From a virus (Duplodnaviria > Heunggongvirae > Uroviricota > Caudoviricetes > Herelleviridae), in IMG/VR virus record IMGVR_UViG_3300027628_000013: a DNA stretch of 64,000 nt; one strand, given 5' to 3'. Positions 62,680-64,000 of the stretch are shown in pieces. Under the pieces are notes generated by a model. That model was not told the origin of the DNA and searched no databases. It worked only from the letters and a program-made list of their open reading frames with translations. The position numbers were made by a program, and so were the translations under genes. Numbering within the stretch: position 1 is the stretch's first letter; each line of letters begins with the position of its first letter.

Positions 62680-63369
62680 ATGACTAACAATAAACCTTTT
62701 ACACCTAAACTATCTTGGGAAGCGGTACTTACACAGTTCGATAACCTAATTAAGCATGCGGCAGGACAACGAGTATCAGAGACTACAGTGGATACAATGC
62801 TTTCAGCAGAGGACTTATACCAAGAGGGTATGATTAAGTTATATGACTGCTGGAACATCTGGTGTAATGACCCTAGTGTAGATAAGGATATGGATGAATT
62901 TGCTCCTATCTTTAAGAAATCGCTATTCCGTGTAACCAAGAAGAAGGGTGTAAACCGAGATAAGTCGGGTAAGCAGGTTATTGTGGACTTAGAAGAGGAT
63001 GGTTTATCCAACATCCAAGACCCTAATGCAGAGGATGTAGTTGAGCGCATGTACCGTGATTACGGTATTCAGCACTTAATTGACATCCTTACTTCTGACA
63101 CAGCTAAAAGGGTTTTGTCGGAGTTAATGGAGCCAAGCCATGACACGCTGTATCAAGTTTGGGCAGACATCGCACGTAAGAAGATGGTAAAATCCCAAAT
63201 TGAGGCTAATAAGGCTAAGGGAATCAAGGACACACGTAGAGTTAACATTCCAAAAGACAATACTGTACGCATGAAGCATATTCAGAGAGCCTTAGGAATC
63301 ACTACAAAGCAATATGACATGGCTATGAAAGAAATCCGTGAGAAGGCTAGACTAGCTTTAAACTACTAA
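62680..63369 (+). CDS. Phage-encoded sigma-factor-like protein (sigma-70 region-2-like; SPO1 gp28/gp34-type candidate)
   Basis: DLYQEGMIKLYDCWNIW matches the region 2.2 consensus DL.QEG.I.L. The size (229 aa) fits small phage sigma factors. Confidence 0.45.
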   Translation: MTNNKPFTPKLSWEAVLTQFDNLIKHAAGQRVSETTVDTMLSAEDLYQEGMIKLYDCWNIWCNDPSVDKDMDEFAPIFKKSLFRVTKKKGVNRDKSGKQVIVDLEEDGLSNIQDPNAEDVVERMYRDYGIQHLIDILTSDTAKRVLSELMEPSHDTLYQVWADIARKKMVKSQIEANKAKGIKDTRRVNIPKDNTVRMKHIQRALGITTKQYDMAMKEIREKARLALNY

Positions 63370-63436
63370 GCTGAGAGAAGTTTTACGGTTGAACGAATTT
63401 AATTAAAGTGATTATCCAATGGGAGGAAGAACGAAT

Positions 63437-63889
63437 ATGATAAATTTAGATGCGAAGGTATTAAAAGTATTAGAAGAGTCTAGCTGTTTTGGAATTGCAT
63501 ATGATAGCACAGCACCTGAATGTGCTATGTGTGACGTGAAGTTAAACTGTAAGTCTAAGATTGAGGGAGCTAACATCCCAACCCCTACAGCAAAGCCAAA
63601 GGTTAATAAGCCTGCCCCTAAAGCTGACAAAGATGACAAACCGGCTACTAAGAAGAAGGATTCAGCGGTTAAGAAGGAAGCAACTAAGAAAGTAGCTACA
63701 GAGAAAAAAGCACCTGCTAAGAAAGCTACCGCAAGTAAACCTAGTGGTAATGCTCCTGACTTCAAGGGAGTGGAGTTACCTGAATTGATAGAAATTGCTA
63801 AGAAAGAGGGCGTTGAGTGGAAAGAGTACGGAAACGATAACATCACACGCATGCGCCTAGTAATGTCTCTTAAAAAGCACTTTTCTTAA
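63437..63889 (+). CDS. Lys-rich (histone H1-like) protein with an N-terminal Cys cluster and a C-terminal Rho_N/SAP-like motif
   Basis: CFGIAYDSTAPECAMCDVKLNC, then a KP/KK-rich linker, then PELIEIAKKEGVEWKEYGNDNITRMRLVMSLKK. Confidence 0.5.
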   Translation: MINLDAKVLKVLEESSCFGIAYDSTAPECAMCDVKLNCKSKIEGANIPTPTAKPKVNKPAPKADKDDKPATKKKDSAVKKEATKKVATEKKAPAKKATASKPSGNAPDFKGVELPELIEIAKKEGVEWKEYGNDNITRMRLVMSLKKHFS

Positions 63890-63898
63890 GATTACAGA

Positions 63899-63930
63899 GG
63901 GGGCGTACCTTAGGGTACCCCCTATTTATA
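63899..63930 (+). terminator. Terminator-like hairpin (GGGGGcGTACC-TTAG-GGTACCCCC + TATTTAT)
   Basis: 10-bp stem with one bulge, then an AT-rich tract. Confidence 0.4.
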
Positions 63931-63946
63931 TGGAGGTATAGAGAGA

Positions 63947-64000
63947 TGGACAGACAGCCGATAAAGATTAGAAAGCCTATATTCAAACCCTCATGCACCT
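63947..64000 (+). CDS. 5' end of a further gene (MDRQPIKIRKPIFKPS...), truncated by the window edge
   Basis: RBS GGAGGTATAGAGAG upstream of the ATG. Confidence 0.3.

Noticed and set aside
62568-63050. 160-aa minus-strand ORF opposite the sigma-like gene
   Set aside because: No RBS, Ser/Leu-rich. The plus-strand gene has conserved sigma region-2-like motifs.
63412-63852. 146-aa minus-strand ORF opposite the Lys-rich gene
   Set aside because: A shadow of the AAG/AAA-rich plus-strand coding sequence. Its composition (Phe/Leu/Ala runs) is typical of antisense Lys codons.
1-64000. CRISPR arrays, integrase/attachment sites and tRNA genes
   Set aside because: No regularly spaced direct repeats, no tyrosine or serine recombinase-like ORF, and no cloverleaf candidates were seen. 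This is consistent with a virulent phage segment.

Overview
The window reads as one contiguous segment of a large, virulent, contractile-tailed dsDNA phage genome, with SPO1/Twort-like (Herelleviridae-style) gene content. It is about 40% GC, has strong Firmicutes-type AGGAGG ribosome-binding sites, and essentially every real gene is on the + strand. Minus-strand ORFs in the track are shadow ORFs.

Gene order, left to right:
- 1-3172: 3' end of a GH25/PG-binding endolysin with tandem terminators, then an HNH endonuclease, a PhoH-like ATPase and a small hypothetical ORF.
- 3363-6980: a stand-alone ribonucleotide reductase catalytic subunit, three small ORFs and an HNH-AP2 endonuclease.
- 7039-10596: three tandem His/Lys-rich paralogs sharing an N-terminal module.
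- 10690-16081: portal, prohead protease, scaffold, major capsid protein and an HNH endonuclease.
- 16180-22496: head/tail-joining proteins, tail sheath, tail tube and two overlapping tail-assembly-chaperone ORFs.
- 22498-43661: tape measure (893 aa), a tail-associated NlpC/P60 + 3D-domain lysin, a baseplate module (including LysM and baseplate-J-like proteins), a 1124-aa and a 2123-aa tail fiber/spike, and a downstream hypothetical ORF.
- 43674-45217: a C92/YiiX-like permuted-papain peptidase, a holin and a small membrane protein.
- 45460-57970: replication and recombination genes (SF2 helicase, DnaB-like helicase, SbcD/SbcC, primase, dUTPase) interspersed with many small ORFs.
- 58596-60612: a second HNH-AP2 endonuclease, and an SPFH/band-7 lipoprotein plus TM protein forming a terminator-bracketed module.
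- 60685-64000: an Hjc-like resolvase, two Rho_N/SAP-like-motif proteins flanking a sigma-70-region-2-like protein, and the start of one more gene.

There are many strong rho-independent terminators, several with C(UUCG)G-type loops. I found no tRNAs, CRISPR arrays or integrase in the window.

The most notable signals are: (i) the His-rich paralog triplet before the portal gene; (ii) a roughly 120-nt segment duplicated between the protease 3' end and the capsid gene 5' end; (iii) two related AT-rich intergenic cassettes with identical 12-bp-stem 'TAC-TTC-GTA' hairpins; (iv) the SPFH lipoprotein membrane module; and (v) the sigma-like / Rho_N regulatory cluster.

All domain calls come from motifs read by eye. 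No database search was run.
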